Source of the DNA: a virus
Lineage: Duplodnaviria > Heunggongvirae > Uroviricota > Caudoviricetes
DNA length: 36,253 bases
Reading direction: 5' to 3' (one strand)
IMG/VR virus record: IMGVR_UViG_2706794674_000008
In this document: piece by piece, positions 17,805 through 32,600 of the stretch
Layout: each line of letters starts with the position of its first letter
How positions within the stretch are numbered: position 1 is the stretch's first letter
Position numbers and translations under genes: made by a program
The notes under the pieces: model-generated
The model's input: only the letters and a program-made list of their open reading frames with translations
The model's database searches: none
What the model was told of the DNA's origin: nothing

Positions 17805-18767
17805 GTGAGTTCAGGTGCAAAGGTTATCTCGGCATTTATCCGGGAGACGGTTGCAGGCACTACGCCAGCAAGTGGTGACTGGAGTTTATTAAAACGCACA
17901 AGCTGGGGAGTAAAACCCACCCAGAATAAAGGCGAAAATAATGAGATTGGTGGCTCCCGGATGGCTCAGGGGGCGACGCCTGGCACTGTGGATGTCGGCG
18001 GTGATGTTGGTACCAAATTTCGCTGGGGTCAACATGATGATTTTCTTGCATCCTGTTTCGGCGCGGAATGGTCAGGCGATTCTCTGACAATGGGGAATGA
18101 GCGAATAACATTTTCTCTGGCGACCTATGCGTCCGATGTCGGAATTGCCTCTGTCGTCAGAGGAGCGCAGGTTGGCTCATGGAAAATGCAGATCCCTAAC
18201 GACGGCGATATTACAGCGACCGTAACCTTTGCCGGACTGGACTGGGAATCAAAGGCCGATGATACGAATTTTATCAAAGGCGAACCTGTGGATAGTGCAG
18301 GAAAGCTACGTTATTCGTTTAAGGAGGTTTCAGCAGTAAGCCTGAATGGTGTTGCCGGAGGTAACGGTTTTTGTATCGACAGTTTTGATATTCAGTTCGA
18401 TAACAAACTCCAGACACAGCGTTGTATCGGGACTGGCTCGCCTTATGCAGGAGCAAATATTCCGACTACTTTTACACCGTCCGGTACGGTGACGCTTTCA
18501 TGGTCTAAAGCCGCGTGGGAAATCTGGAGTAAAACACTGACTGGAGAAACAGTTCCGTTCAGCTTCACGCTTTCGAATGGAGAGGGGGCATACACTTTCA
18601 GTTTCCCGAAGGTTCAGGTGTCAGGTGAATGGCCTGATGGGGGTAATAGCGACATTATCCAGGTTCAATTGAGCATTACCGCAGCAGATGAAGCACCTAC
18701 GATAACCAGAAAAAAAAATTCCCCGGCTGCCGTGATCGCAAAAGCCAGTGCTGAGGCGATTAGTTGA
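17805..18767 (+). CDS. Major tail (tube) protein, 320 aa, GTG start
   Basis: RBS AGGAGG 5 nt before GTG; position before G/T chaperones and tape measure; Thr/Ser/Gly-rich. Confidence 0.65.
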   Translation: MSSGAKVISAFIRETVAGTTPASGDWSLLKRTSWGVKPTQNKGENNEIGGSRMAQGATPGTVDVGGDVGTKFRWGQHDDFLASCFGAEWSGDSLTMGNERITFSLATYASDVGIASVVRGAQVGSWKMQIPNDGDITATVTFAGLDWESKADDTNFIKGEPVDSAGKLRYSFKEVSAVSLNGVAGGNGFCIDSFDIQFDNKLQTQRCIGTGSPYAGANIPTTFTPSGTVTLSWSKAAWEIWSKTLTGETVPFSFTLSNGEGAYTFSFPKVQVSGEWPDGGNSDIIQVQLSITAADEAPTITRKKNSPAAVIAKASAEAIS

Positions 18768-18815
18768 TTTTCCGTTATTCCTCCTGTGGTACTGCCCTAC
18801 AGGGGGACGCATTGA

Positions 18816-19277
18816 ATGAGGTTATGGATGTTTATTCTTAATCAGAAAATTATCATTGGTGGAGAACGCTGGTTTACGCCAATGAAGGACTTAAAACCTG
18901 TAGACGGGTTAAAACTGTTGGTGGCAAGCAGCGATAACGATCAGTATCGCTCCCGTAATGCATTAATCCGTCGCCACATTGAGAAAATGGATGCCAGTTT
19001 GCACGTCGGAACGAAGGAGTTTGATATTTCAAAGGTTTCCGAGGTGGATTCTGTTGATGATTTACTCATTGATAATGCCGCTCGTTATCTGCTGAAAGAC
19101 TGGAAAGGGGTTGGTGAACTGGTTAATGGTGTTGAGGTTGCACTGGAATATACGGCAGAACGAGGGATCGCGCTGCTTAAGCAGAATCCAGAGTTGTACT
19201 GGCAGATCCTTGCAGAAGCAGCCAGCATCGCCCAGGGTAAAGAGCAGCAGAAGCAGGATACGATAAAAAAGCCATAG
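18816..19277 (+). CDS. Tail assembly chaperone (gpG-like)
   Basis: Position upstream of tape measure; ends ...DTIKKP* with slippery heptamer at its 3' end; alternative start ATG 18882. Confidence 0.6.
   Translation: MRLWMFILNQKIIIGGERWFTPMKDLKPVDGLKLLVASSDNDQYRSRNALIRRHIEKMDASLHVGTKEFDISKVSEVDSVDDLLIDNAARYLLKDWKGVGELVNGVEVALEYTAERGIALLKQNPELYWQILAEAASIAQGKEQQKQDTIKKP
19265..19271 (+). promoter_or_regulatory. Candidate programmed -1 ribosomal frameshift site A_AAA_AAG
   Basis: Heptamer a aaa aag in the G frame 4 nt before the G stop; the -1 frame is open from here through 19585. Confidence 0.55.
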
Positions 19278-19585
19278 CTGCCCAGCGGTGGTTATCGGAG
19301 TTCGGGGGAGAAAGGGGGGAAAAGGCAAGATGGAAGCGAGAAAAACTCAGGTTGCCACCGATACCGGAACCAGAAATAGACCCGGTGCTTAAGGAGTTGT
19401 TGTACGCCTATTCGGTAATATCCCGTGCCCGACGTTATGCTGGAATGGCTGGGGTGCCTTTGCCTTTATCTCTGACAGAGATAAATGAATATTTAGCCAC
19501 TCATCCGGTATTGATTGAGCGCGATGAATTTGAAGCAGTGATCTTTGCACTGGATGACCAGTATTTTCAGGAGCAGTGTGTGTAG
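19265..19585 (+). CDS. gpT-like extension expressed as G-T fusion via -1 frameshift
   Basis: -1 frame open from slippery site to TAG 19583-19585, no canonical start with RBS of its own. Confidence 0.5.
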   Translation, partial: KKAIAAQRWLSEFGGERGEKARWKREKLRLPPIPEPEIDPVLKELLYAYSVISRARRYAGMAGVPLPLSLTEINEYLATHPVLIERDEFEAVIFALDDQYFQEQCV

Positions 19586-19705
19586 TTGTTAATTACGTAC
19601 ACTCTGTTACAGAGATGTGATGGTGTCTTTAATTAAATCGATGATGCTCCTGGAGAAAAGCATTGCGTGGCCTCGTAATCGCTATATCTACTATTATGTC
19701 GCCTG

Positions 19706-19733
19706 AAACCCACTTCGCGGTGGGTTTTTTGTT
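19706..19733 (+). terminator. Terminator-like hairpin in the T-to-tape-measure spacer
   Basis: aaacccac-ttcgcg-gtgggttt followed by tttgttg. Confidence 0.4.
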
Positions 19734-19750
19734 GTCAGGAGTTTTAATAA

Positions 19751-22700
19751 ATGGCAGAGCAAACCTCGCGTCTCGCAATAATTATTGATAGCACTGGAGC
19801 GAAAAATAATGCTGACAATCTGACCTCCTCATTAGTCAAAATGACGCAGGCTGGGGAAACTGCTGCAAATAGCGCAGGGAAAGTGACTAAGGCAACAGAA
19901 GATGAGAAGAACGCGCTCGCAAAATTAAAAGCAGCTATTGATCCAGTTGGTGCCGCAATTGATACTGTCGGTCGACGCTATTCTGAATTAAAGAAATTTT
20001 TCGATAAAGGGCTTATTGATAAAGAAGAATATGAATTTCTTGTCCGTAAACTTAATGAAACCACAGAGGAATTGAGCGGGGTTGCGCAAGCGCAGAGAGA
20101 AGCCGAGAAGGCCGGAAAACTTGCTGCCGCCCAGCAGGAAGCGCAGGCTCAGGCCTTTCAAAGAATGCTGGACAAGATCGACCCTCTGGCTGCGGCGCTA
20201 AGAAATCTTGAACAACAGCATGATGAACTTAATGCTGCGTTTGCATCCGGGAAAATAAATGGTTCTCAGTTTGAGAATTATAGCCGAAAAATACAGGAAA
20301 CACGGCGAGAGCTTACCGGAGAGGCTCAGGCAGAGCGAGAAGCAGCAAAAGCGCATGATGAACAGGTTGTTGCTTTGCAACGTCTGATTGCTCAACTTGA
20401 TCCTGTCGGAACTGCTTTTAATCGTCTGGTAGAACAACAGAAACAGCTCAATGAAGCAAAAGCTAAGGGGATGCTTTCTCCTGAAATGTATGAGGAGCTT
20501 TCTGGAAAACTTCGTGCTATGCGGAGTGAGCTTGAGGTTACTCAATCACAATTAAGCAAAACCGGAATGTCGGCAAAACAAACGGCTTTTGCTATGCGCA
20601 TGTTGCCTGTACAAATGACGGATATTGTTGTTGGGTTGTCCACTGGTCAGTCGCCATTTATGGTGTTAATGCAGCAGGGCGGCCAGCTAAAAGATATGTT
20701 CGGTGGGATTGGCCCGGCGATCAAAGGTGTAGGTTCTTATGTGCTGGGATTAATTAATCCTTTTACCCTGGCCGCAGCAGCCGTTGGGGTCTTAGGACTG
20801 GCTTACTATAAAGGCTCTCAGGAGCAGGACGAATTTAATAAATCTCTTATTCTTACCGGAAATCAGTTGGGGACAACCAGCGGGCAATTGGGCGATATAG
20901 CTCAACGTGCCGGGAATGCGGCTGATTCGACAACTGGTGCTGCGGCGGCAGTATTAAATCAGCTTGTGCGTTCGGGAAAGGTAGCGAGCAGTTCGCTGGA
21001 GCAAGTGACGACAGCGATAGTAAAAACGAGCGAAGTAACAGGAATATCAACCGAACAACTGGTTAATGACTTCAATGAAATTGCAAAGGATCCTGTCAGT
21101 GCCATATCAAAACTTAATGATCAGTACCATTTTCTGACACTTGCGACTTATAACCAGATTAAGGCGCTACAGGATGAAGGGAACCAGCAGGAGGCCGCCC
21201 GCATTGCGACAGAAGAATACTCATCCTCAATGATCCAGCGCACCAACCAGATTAAAGAAAATCTTGGTTATCTTGAGACTGCATGGAAAGCTGTCGCAGA
21301 CTCCGCAAAATGGGCATGGGATTCCATGCTGGATATTGGCCGTGAGGCCTCCCTTGATCAAAAAATCTCAGATGTTCTCCGTCAAATTGATGAAATAGAA
21401 AAAAATACCCGACCCGGAGTTTTCGGGTTAGGTGGCATTGGAGATGGCGGAGCTCAAAATAAAAGGCTGGCACGATTAAAGCAGCAATTGGGCGTACTTC
21501 AAGCAGAAAAAATTGCTCAGGACGTACTAAATTCATCAATAAACGATTACAACAAGCGACAACAGGAAGGAATTGAACTCAGACAGAGAGCAGATGCCTT
21601 TTCAAAACAATATCAGACCCGGGAGCAGCAGAGAGCTAGTGAACTTGCAAAACTGGAAAAGCTAAAGAATCAGTATTCAAAGGAAGAATATAATAATCTT
21701 ATCGCTCAAATAAATGAGCGTTATAAAGATCCAAAGCAACCAAAGGCGAAAGGTTATTCTGATGATGCAGCCCAACGAATGATTGATCATCTGAATCAAC
21801 AGAATGCGTTACTAAGTTCACAAGCTGAGTTGACCGTTAAATTAAGTTCCTCTGAACAGGAACTGGTTAAGTGGCGTCAGCGGATTGCCGACCTAGAGTC
21901 ACGACCATCATCGAAATTAACCCAGGATCAGAAATCGCTTCTCTTACACCGGGAAGAAATAACCACGTTGATGGAGAAAAATGTTGCGATTGAAAAAAAT
22001 AACAGGCTAATCAAGGAATCCGCCGAAATAACAGCATGGCGTGATTCATTGCAGGCTTCGATTGATAATCGTCAGCAGGGGTATGATATTCAGATTGCTG
22101 GTTATGGGGTTGGCGATAAAAATCAGCAACGCCAGCAGGAATTACTGCGGATTGAACATGGATATAACAATCAGCGTCTGCAACTTGAACGTGACTATGC
22201 AGATAAATCCCGTGGAATGTCAGATCATGTTTTTCAAGAGAAAATGCAGGCTCTGAATGATGCTCTGGAACGGGAAAAAGAAATTGTCAGACAGAAAAAC
22301 GAGCAGCTCGATATTCAGGCAGGAGACTGGGTTAGTGGTGCCTCCCAGGGATTCAATAACTGGCTGGATGACACTAAGGATATCAGTGAGCAGATAAAAT
22401 CAACCACGACTCAGATGTTTGATGGGATGACCGATGCGCTGGGTGATTTTGTCACGACAGGCAAGGCAAATTTTCGTTCTTTCGCTACTTCCGTGATTTC
22501 GGATCTTAGTCGAATAGCATTAAAGGCTTCAATTACTGGGATTTTCGACAGCATTAGTAACAGTTCTTCTGGGGGGATTTTAGGAACTATCGGGAGTGCT
22601 ATTAGTAAATTTATTCCGAATGCAAAGGGCGGTGTTTATGAGTCTCCGTCATTGAGCACGTATTCGAACGGTATTTATGATTCCCCGCAATTTTTTGCTT

Positions 22701-22984
22701 TTGCAAAAGGGGCTGGTGTTTTTGGTGAGGCTGGACCGGAAGCCATTATGCCATTAACACGAACTTCCGATGGTTCTCTTGGTGTCAGAGCTATTAATAG
22801 TAAAAGTGGTAATGGAGGCGGAGATATTACCTATGCCCCTGTATACCAAATCACTATTCAAAATGACGGCCAGAATGGAGAGATTGGCCCTCAGGCAATA
22901 AAAGCACTTATGGGGATGGTTGATCAGCGGGTGCAGGGCAATCTGTTAAATATGCGACGTGATGGGGGAATGTTAAGTGGCTAA
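19751..22984 (+). CDS. Tail tape measure protein, 1077 aa
   Basis: Very long Ala/Gln/Glu-rich coiled-coil protein with central hydrophobic segment, between G/T and gpM. Confidence 0.85.
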   Translation: MAEQTSRLAIIIDSTGAKNNADNLTSSLVKMTQAGETAANSAGKVTKATEDEKNALAKLKAAIDPVGAAIDTVGRRYSELKKFFDKGLIDKEEYEFLVRKLNETTEELSGVAQAQREAEKAGKLAAAQQEAQAQAFQRMLDKIDPLAAALRNLEQQHDELNAAFASGKINGSQFENYSRKIQETRRELTGEAQAEREAAKAHDEQVVALQRLIAQLDPVGTAFNRLVEQQKQLNEAKAKGMLSPEMYEELSGKLRAMRSELEVTQSQLSKTGMSAKQTAFAMRMLPVQMTDIVVGLSTGQSPFMVLMQQGGQLKDMFGGIGPAIKGVGSYVLGLINPFTLAAAAVGVLGLAYYKGSQEQDEFNKSLILTGNQLGTTSGQLGDIAQRAGNAADSTTGAAAAVLNQLVRSGKVASSSLEQVTTAIVKTSEVTGISTEQLVNDFNEIAKDPVSAISKLNDQYHFLTLATYNQIKALQDEGNQQEAARIATEEYSSSMIQRTNQIKENLGYLETAWKAVADSAKWAWDSMLDIGREASLDQKISDVLRQIDEIEKNTRPGVFGLGGIGDGGAQNKRLARLKQQLGVLQAEKIAQDVLNSSINDYNKRQQEGIELRQRADAFSKQYQTREQQRASELAKLEKLKNQYSKEEYNNLIAQINERYKDPKQPKAKGYSDDAAQRMIDHLNQQNALLSSQAELTVKLSSSEQELVKWRQRIADLESRPSSKLTQDQKSLLLHREEITTLMEKNVAIEKNNRLIKESAEITAWRDSLQASIDNRQQGYDIQIAGYGVGDKNQQRQQELLRIEHGYNNQRLQLERDYADKSRGMSDHVFQEKMQALNDALEREKEIVRQKNEQLDIQAGDWVSGASQGFNNWLDDTKDISEQIKSTTTQMFDGMTDALGDFVTTGKANFRSFATSVISDLSRIALKASITGIFDSISNSSSGGILGTIGSAISKFIPNAKGGVYESPSLSTYSNGIYDSPQFFAFAKGAGVFGEAGPEAIMPLTRTSDGSLGVRAINSKSGNGGGDITYAPVYQITIQNDGQNGEIGPQAIKALMGMVDQRVQGNLLNMRRDGGMLSG

Positions 22985-23315
22985 TACGGAAGAATTTCAC
23001 TGGTTACCAGAGGATGGAATGAAAACAGAAAATAAACCATCGATAAAAACTGTAAGATTTGGTGATGGTTATGAGCAACGAAGTCCAAATGGACTTAATC
23101 ATTCTCTGCGCGTTTTCACCTGTGATTTCAAAGTTGAGGCGAATGAACGTGATTCATTTGAAAAATTTTTAGCCCGGCATGAAGGCTATAAATCTTTTTT
23201 TTGGCGCCCGCCGGGTATTAACAGAAAAATCAGAGTGGTGTGTCGAACGTGGTCAGCGACAGAACATATCACCTATACCGATTTTTCGTGTCAGTTTGAC
23301 GAAGTGGTGATCTGA
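22977..23315 (+). CDS. M: Minor tail protein M (lambda gpM-like), GTG start
   Basis: ...[12 protein letters not shown]...KSFFWRPP... resembles lambda M from memory; overlaps tape measure stop. Confidence 0.8.
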   Translation: MANTEEFHWLPEDGMKTENKPSIKTVRFGDGYEQRSPNGLNHSLRVFTCDFKVEANERDSFEKFLARHEGYKSFFWRPPGINRKIRVVCRTWSATEHITYTDFSCQFDEVVI

Positions 23316-24013
23316 TGCAGGACATACAACAGGAAACGCTGAATGAATGCATTCGTGCGGAGCAGTCGGCCAGCGTGGTGCTCTGGGAAATCGACCTGAC
23401 CGAGGTAGGCGGGGATCGCTACTTTTTCTGCAATGAGCAGAACGAGAAAGGAGAGTCTGTCACCTGGCAGAGTCGGCAGTATCAGGCCTATCCCATTCAG
23501 GGGAGTGGATTTGAGATGAACGGCAAAGGTGCCAGTGCAAGGCCAACGCTGAAAGTCTCTAATCTGCACGGCATGGTCACCGGGATGGCGGAAGACCTGC
23601 AGAGTCTGGTCGGCGGAACGGTGGTCAGGCGTAAGGTTTACGCCCGTTTTCTGGATGCGGTGAACTTCGTCAACGGAAACAGTGACGCCGATCCGGAGCA
23701 GGAGGTGATCAGCCGCTGGCGTATTGAGCAGTGCAGCGAACTGAGCGCGGTCAGTGCCTCCTTTGTACTGTCCACGCCGACGGAAACGGACGGCGCTGTT
23801 TTTCCGGGGCGCATCATGCTTGCTAATACCTGCACCTGGACCTATCGCGGTGATGAGTGCGGTTATCACGGTCCGGCTGTCGCGGATGAATATGACCAGC
23901 CAACGTCCGATATCACGAAGGATAAATGCAGCAAATGCCTGAGCGGTTGTAAGTTCCGCAATAACGTCGGCAACTTTGGCGGCTTCCTTTCCATTAACAA
24001 ACTTTCGCAGTAA
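23315..24013 (+). CDS. L: Minor tail protein L (lambda gpL-like), 232 aa
   Basis: Same length as lambda L; TGATG overlap with M; C-terminal Cys cluster. Confidence 0.85.
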   Translation: MQDIQQETLNECIRAEQSASVVLWEIDLTEVGGDRYFFCNEQNEKGESVTWQSRQYQAYPIQGSGFEMNGKGASARPTLKVSNLHGMVTGMAEDLQSLVGGTVVRRKVYARFLDAVNFVNGNSDADPEQEVISRWRIEQCSELSAVSASFVLSTPTETDGAVFPGRIMLANTCTWTYRGDECGYHGPAVADEYDQPTSDITKDKCSKCLSGCKFRNNVGNFGGFLSINKLSQ

Positions 24014-24017
24014 TCCC

Positions 24018-24761
24018 ATGACAGAGACAGAATCAGCGATTCTGGCGCACGCCCGGCGATGTGCGCCAGCGGAGTCGTGCGGCTTCGTGGTGAGAACACC
24101 GGAGGGGGAAAGATATTTTCCCTGCGTGAATATTTCCGGTGAGCCGGAGGAGTATTTCCGGATGGCTCCGGAGGACTGGCTGCAGGCAGAGATGCAGGGT
24201 GAGATTGTGGCGCTGGTCCACAGCCACCCCGGTGGTCTGCCCTGGCTGAGTGAGGCCGACCGGCGGCTGCAGGTGCAGAGTGATTTGTCGTGGTGGCTGG
24301 TCTGCCGCGGGGCGATTCACAAGTTCCGCTGTGTGCCGCATCTCACCGGGCGGCGCTTTGAGCACGGGGTGACGGACTGTTACACGCTGTTCCGGGACGC
24401 TTACCATCTGGCGGGAATTGAGATGCCAGATTTTCATCGTGAGGACGACTGGTGGCGTAATGGTCAGAATCTCTATCTGGATAATCTGGAGGCTACAGGG
24501 CTGTATCAGGTGCCGTTGTCAACGGCGCAGCCGGGCGATGTGCTGCTGTGCTGTTTTGGTTCATCGGTGCCGAATCATGCCGCCATTTACTGTGGTGACG
24601 GCGAGCTGCTGCACCATATTCCTGAACAACTGAGCAAACGAGAGAGGTACACCGACAAATGGCAGCGACGCACACACTCCCTCTGGCGTCACCGGGCATG
24701 GCACGCATCTGCCTTTACGGGGATTTGCAGCGATTTGGCCGCCGCATCGACCTTCGTGTGA
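24018..24761 (+). CDS. K: Tail tip assembly protein K (lambda gpK-like, NlpC/P60 + JAB-like)
   Basis: MTETESAILAHARRCAPAESCGFV...HSHPGG motif; 3' end overlaps I by about 100 nt so exact end is uncertain. Confidence 0.75.
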   Translation: MTETESAILAHARRCAPAESCGFVVRTPEGERYFPCVNISGEPEEYFRMAPEDWLQAEMQGEIVALVHSHPGGLPWLSEADRRLQVQSDLSWWLVCRGAIHKFRCVPHLTGRRFEHGVTDCYTLFRDAYHLAGIEMPDFHREDDWWRNGQNLYLDNLEATGLYQVPLSTAQPGDVLLCCFGSSVPNHAAIYCGDGELLHHIPEQLSKRERYTDKWQRRTHSLWRHRAWHASAFTGICSDLAAASTFV

Positions 24762-25306
24762 AAACGGGGGCCGAAGCCATCCGGGCACTGGCCACACAGC
24801 TCCCGGCATTTCGTCAGAAACTGAGCGACGGCTGGTATCAGGTGCGCATTGCCGGGCGTGATGCAGGCGAAAATGAATTATCTGCCCGTCTTAATGAACC
24901 GCTGGCAAATGGTGCCGTGATCCACATCGTTCCGCGTCTGGCGGGTGCCAAAAGTGGCGGTGTGTTTCAGGCGGTGCTGGGTGCGGCGCTGATTGCGGTG
25001 GCATGGTGGAACCCTGTGGGCTGGCTGGGGGCCGCGGCTGTATCGGGTATGTATGCAGCAGGGGCCAGTATGATCCTGGGTGGTGTGGCGCAGATGCTGG
25101 CACCGAAAGCCAGGACGCCCACGGCAGCCAGTACAGATAACGGCAAACAGAACACGTATTTCTCGTCACTGGATAACATGGTTGCCCAGGGTAATGTTCT
25201 GCCTGTTCTGTACGGGGAAATGCGCGTGGGGTCACGTGTGGTTTCTCAGGAGATCAGCACGGCAGACGAAGGGGATGGTGGTCAGGTTGTGGTGATTGGT
25301 CGCTGA
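24659..25306 (+). CDS. I: Tail tip assembly protein I (lambda gpI-like)
   Basis: MAATHTLPLASPGMARICLYGDL... and C-terminal ...GEMRVGSRVVSQEISTADEGDGGQVVVIGR match lambda I as I recall it. Confidence 0.8.
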   Translation: MAATHTLPLASPGMARICLYGDLQRFGRRIDLRVKTGAEAIRALATQLPAFRQKLSDGWYQVRIAGRDAGENELSARLNEPLANGAVIHIVPRLAGAKSGGVFQAVLGAALIAVAWWNPVGWLGAAAVSGMYAAGASMILGGVAQMLAPKARTPTAASTDNGKQNTYFSSLDNMVAQGNVLPVLYGEMRVGSRVVSQEISTADEGDGGQVVVIGR

Positions 25307-25324
25307 TGCAAAATGTTTTATGTG

Positions 25325-25344
25325 AAACCGCCTGCGGGCGGTTT
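25325..25344 (+). promoter_or_regulatory. Stem-loop in I-J intergenic region
   Basis: aaaccgcc-tgcg-ggcggttt (8-bp stem); no clean T-run. Confidence 0.3.
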
Positions 25345-25359
25345 TGTCGTTTATGGAGC

Positions 25360-28888
<3,529 letters not shown>

Positions 28889-28906
28889 ATTTTATAACCC
28901 AGAACG

Positions 28907-28932
28907 GGCGTCAGAAATGACGCCTTTTTTAT
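28907..28932 (+). terminator. Intrinsic terminator after J
   Basis: ggcgtca-gaaa-tgacgcc followed by ttttttatt. Confidence 0.55.
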
Positions 28933-28954
28933 TGCAGAAAAGCGAGAGGTAATT

Positions 28955-29554
28955 ATGCGTAAACTTTATGCCGCCATTTTGTCCGCAGCCATTTGTCTGG
29001 CCGTATCCGGTGCGCCTGCATGGGCGTCTGAACATCAGTCCACGCTGAGCGCGGGGTATCTTCATGCCCGGACGAACGTTCCCGGCAGTGATGATCTGAA
29101 CGGGATTAACGTGAAATACCGTTATGAGTTTACGGACACACTGGGGATGGTGACGTCGTTCAGCTATGCAGGAGACAAGAATCGCCAGCTGACCCATTAC
29201 AGCGATACCCGCTGGCATGAAGATTCCGTGCGTAACCGCTGGTTCAGCGTGATGGCGGGGCCGTCTGTACGCGTGAATGAATGGTTCAGCGCGTATGCGA
29301 TGGCGGGTGTGGCTTACAGCCGTGTGTCGACTTTCTCCGGGGATTATCTCCGCGTAACTGACAACAAGGGGAAAACGCACGACGTGCTGACCGGAAGTGA
29401 TGACGGTCGCCACAGCAACACGTCTCTGGCGTGGGGAGCTGGCGTGCAGTTTAACCCGACCGAATCCGTGGCCATTGATATTGCTTATGAAGGCTCCGGC
29501 AGTGGCGACTGGCGCACTGACGGTTTCATCGTGGGTGTCGGTTATAAATTCTGA
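28955..29554 (+). CDS. lom: Lom-family outer membrane protein (Ail/Lom beta-barrel), 199 aa
   Basis: Signal peptide, alternating-residue beta strands, C-terminal ...GVGYKF; position between J and stf as in lambda. Confidence 0.85.
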   Translation: MRKLYAAILSAAICLAVSGAPAWASEHQSTLSAGYLHARTNVPGSDDLNGINVKYRYEFTDTLGMVTSFSYAGDKNRQLTHYSDTRWHEDSVRNRWFSVMAGPSVRVNEWFSAYAMAGVAYSRVSTFSGDYLRVTDNKGKTHDVLTGSDDGRHSNTSLAWGAGVQFNPTESVAIDIAYEGSGSGDWRTDGFIVGVGYKF

Positions 29555-29580
29555 TTAGCCAGGTAACACAGTGTTATGAC

Positions 29581-29608
29581 AGCCCGCCGGTTCAGGCGGG
29601 CTTTTTTG
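29581..29608 (+). terminator. Intrinsic terminator after lom
   Basis: agcccgcc-ggttca-ggcgggct followed by tttttt. Confidence 0.55.
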
Positions 29609-29618
29609 TGGGGTGAAT

Positions 29619-32600
29619 ATGGCAGTAAAGATTTCAGGTGTACTGAAAGACGGCACAGGAAAACCGGTACAGAACTGCACAATCCAGCTGAAAGCAAAAC
29701 GTAACAGCACCACGGTGGTGGTGAACACGCTGGCCTCAGAAAATCCGGATGAAGCCGGGCGTTACAGCATGGACGTTGAGTACGGTCAGTACAGCGTTAT
29801 TCTGTTGGTGGAAGGATTCCCGCCGTCACATGCCGGGACCATCACCGTGTATGAAGATTCCCGACCCGGTACGCTGAATGATTTTCTCGGTGCCATGACG
29901 GAGGATGATGCCCGTCCGGAGGCACTGCGACGTTTTGAACTGATGGTGGAAGAGGTGGCGCGTAACGCGTCCGCAGTGGCACAGAACACGGCAGCCGCGA
30001 AGAAGTCAGCCAGCGATGCCAGCACATCAGCCCGTGAGGCGGCAACCCATGCGACTGATGCTGCAGGCTCAGCACGCGCAGCCAGCACGTCAGCCGGACA
30101 GGCCGCGTCGTCGGCTCAGTCAGCGTCATCCAGCGCAGGAACGGCATCAGCAAAGGCCACTGAAGCATCAAAAAGTGCTGCCGCTGCAGAGTCCTCAAAA
30201 AGCGCGGCGGCCACCAGTGCCGGTGCCGCGAAAACGTCTGAAACGAATGCGGCAGCGTCACAACAATCAGCAGCCACTTCTGCATCCACCGCGACCACGA
30301 AAGCGTCAGAAGCTGCCACCTCAGCCCGGGATGCGTTGGCTTCAAAAGAGGCGGCAAAATCATCAGAAACGAGCGCAGCCTCGAGCGCCAGTAGTGCAGC
30401 TTCCTCGGCTACGGCGGCAGGCAATTCCGCGAAGGCGGCAAAAACGTCCGAGACGAACGCCAAGGCTTCTGAAACAGCAGCGGAACAGAGTGCCTCCGCA
30501 GCAGCAGGCTCAAAAACAGCGGCTGCGTCGTCCGCCAGTGCCGCGTCAACAAGTGCCGGGCAGGCCTCAGCCAGTGCTAGCGCCGCCGGAAAATCGGCAG
30601 AAAGCGCCGCATCGTCCGCTTCAACAGCCACAACGAAGGCTGGCGAAGCCACTGAACAGGCCAGTGCAGCAGCGAGGTCTGCTTCCGCAGCGAAGACATC
30701 CGAGACGAACGCGAAAGCGTCGGAAACCAGCGCAGAATCCTCAAAAACGGCTGCCGCATCGTCCGCCAGTTCGGCGGCGTCATCGGCCTCATCGGCGTCT
30801 GCTTCAAAAGATGAGGCGACCAGACAGGCGTCCGCAGCGAAGGGCAGCGCCACGACAGCATCCACGAAGGCGACAGAGGCAGCTGGTAGTGCGACGGCAG
30901 CAGCTCAGAGCAAAAGTACGGCGGAATCCGCGGCAACGCGCGCTGAGACAGCGGCAAAACGGGCAGAGGATATTGCATCCGCCGTGGCGCTTGAGGATGC
31001 GAGCACGACGAAAAAGGGGATAGTCCAGCTAAGCAGCGCGACCAACAGCACATCTGAAACGCTTGCCGCGACACCAAAGGCAGTAAAATCAGCCTATGAC
31101 AATGCAGAGAAACGTCTGCAGAAAGACCAGAATGGCGCTGATATACCCGATAAGGGACGCTTCCTGAACAACATTAACGCGGTCAGTAAAACAGACTTTG
31201 CTGATAAGCGTGGTATGCGTTATGTGCGGGTTAACGCTCCTGCAGGTGCAATATCTGGAAAATATTACCCTGTTGTTGTTATGCGTTCTGCTGGCTCAGT
31301 AAGCGAACTGGCATCAAGGGTCATTATCACCACGGCAACGCGAACCGCAGGCGATCCGATGAATAACTGCGAGTTTAACGGATTTGTTATGCCTGGTGGC
31401 TGGACTGACAGGGGGCGTTATGCTTATGGCATGTTCTGGCAATATCAAAACAATGAACGAGCCATCCACTCAATAATGATGAGTAATAAGGGCGATGATT
31501 TGCGCTCTGTGTTCTATGTTGATGGCGCTGCTTTCCCTGTTTTTGCGTTTCTCGAAGATGGCCTGTCAATATCCGCACCTGGTGCTGATCTCGTTGTTAA
31601 TGATACGACCTATAAGTTTGGGGCAACAAATCCGGCGACTGAATGTATCGCGGCGGACGTTATCCTTGATTTTAAGAGTGGGCGTGGTTTTTATGAGTCC
31701 CATTCGTTAATCGTTAACGATAACTTGTCGTGCAAAAAACTTTTTGCCACAGACGAAATTGTAGCGCGTGGTGGTAATCAGATTCGAATGATAGGTGGGG
31801 AGTATGGGGCATTATGGCGTAATGATGGCGCTAAAACTTACCTGCTGCTTACCAATCAAGGTGATGTTTATGGTGGATGGAATACATTAAGACCGTTTGC
31901 TATTGATAACGCAACCGGCGAACTGGTTATTGGAACCAAACTGTCTGCAAGTCTGAACGGTAACGCATTGACAGCAACAAAGCTGCAAACGCCAAGACTG
32001 GTTTCTGGGGTTGAGTTTGATGGTTCAAAAGATATTACTTTAACCGCCGCGCATGTGGCTGCTTTTGCCAGAAGGGCAACGGATACATATGCCGATGCGG
32101 ATGGTGGCGTTCCCTGGAATGCCGAATCAGGCGCTTACAATGTCACCCGCTCTGGCGACAGCTATATTCTGGTTAACTTCTATACCGGAGTCGGAAGTTG
32201 CCGGACCCTGCAGATGAAGGCGCATTACAGAAATGGAGGTCTGTTCTACCGTTCCTCAAGAGATGGCTATGGTTTTGAGGAAGGCTGGGCAGAAGTTTAT
32301 ACCTCGAAAAATCTTCCACCAGAAAGCTACCCAGTCGGCGCACCAATCCCGTGGCCATCAGATACCGTTCCGTCTGGTTATGCCCTGATGCAGGGGCAGA
32401 CTTTTGACAAATCTGCTTACCCGAAACTTGCAACCGCTTATCCGTCAGGCGTGATCCCTGATATGCGTGGCTGGACGATTAAGGGCAAACCTGCCAGTGG
32501 TCGGGCCGTATTGTCTCAGGAACAGGACGGCATTAAATCGCATACCCACAGCGCCAGCGCATCCAGTACGGATTTGGGGACGAAAACCACATCGTCGTTT

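Noticed and set aside
23291-24019. 242-aa minus-strand ORF
   Set aside because: Antisense to the gpL gene, which has a lambda-like product of the expected length (232 aa); shadow ORF.
30016-31077. Several long ORFs (30016..31023 +, 30116..30865 -, 30577..31077 -, 29842..30363 -)
   Set aside because: All fall in the Ala/Ser-rich repeat region of stf and are alternative-frame or antisense readings of low-complexity repeats (Arg/Pro/Gln-rich or Ala/Asp-rich).
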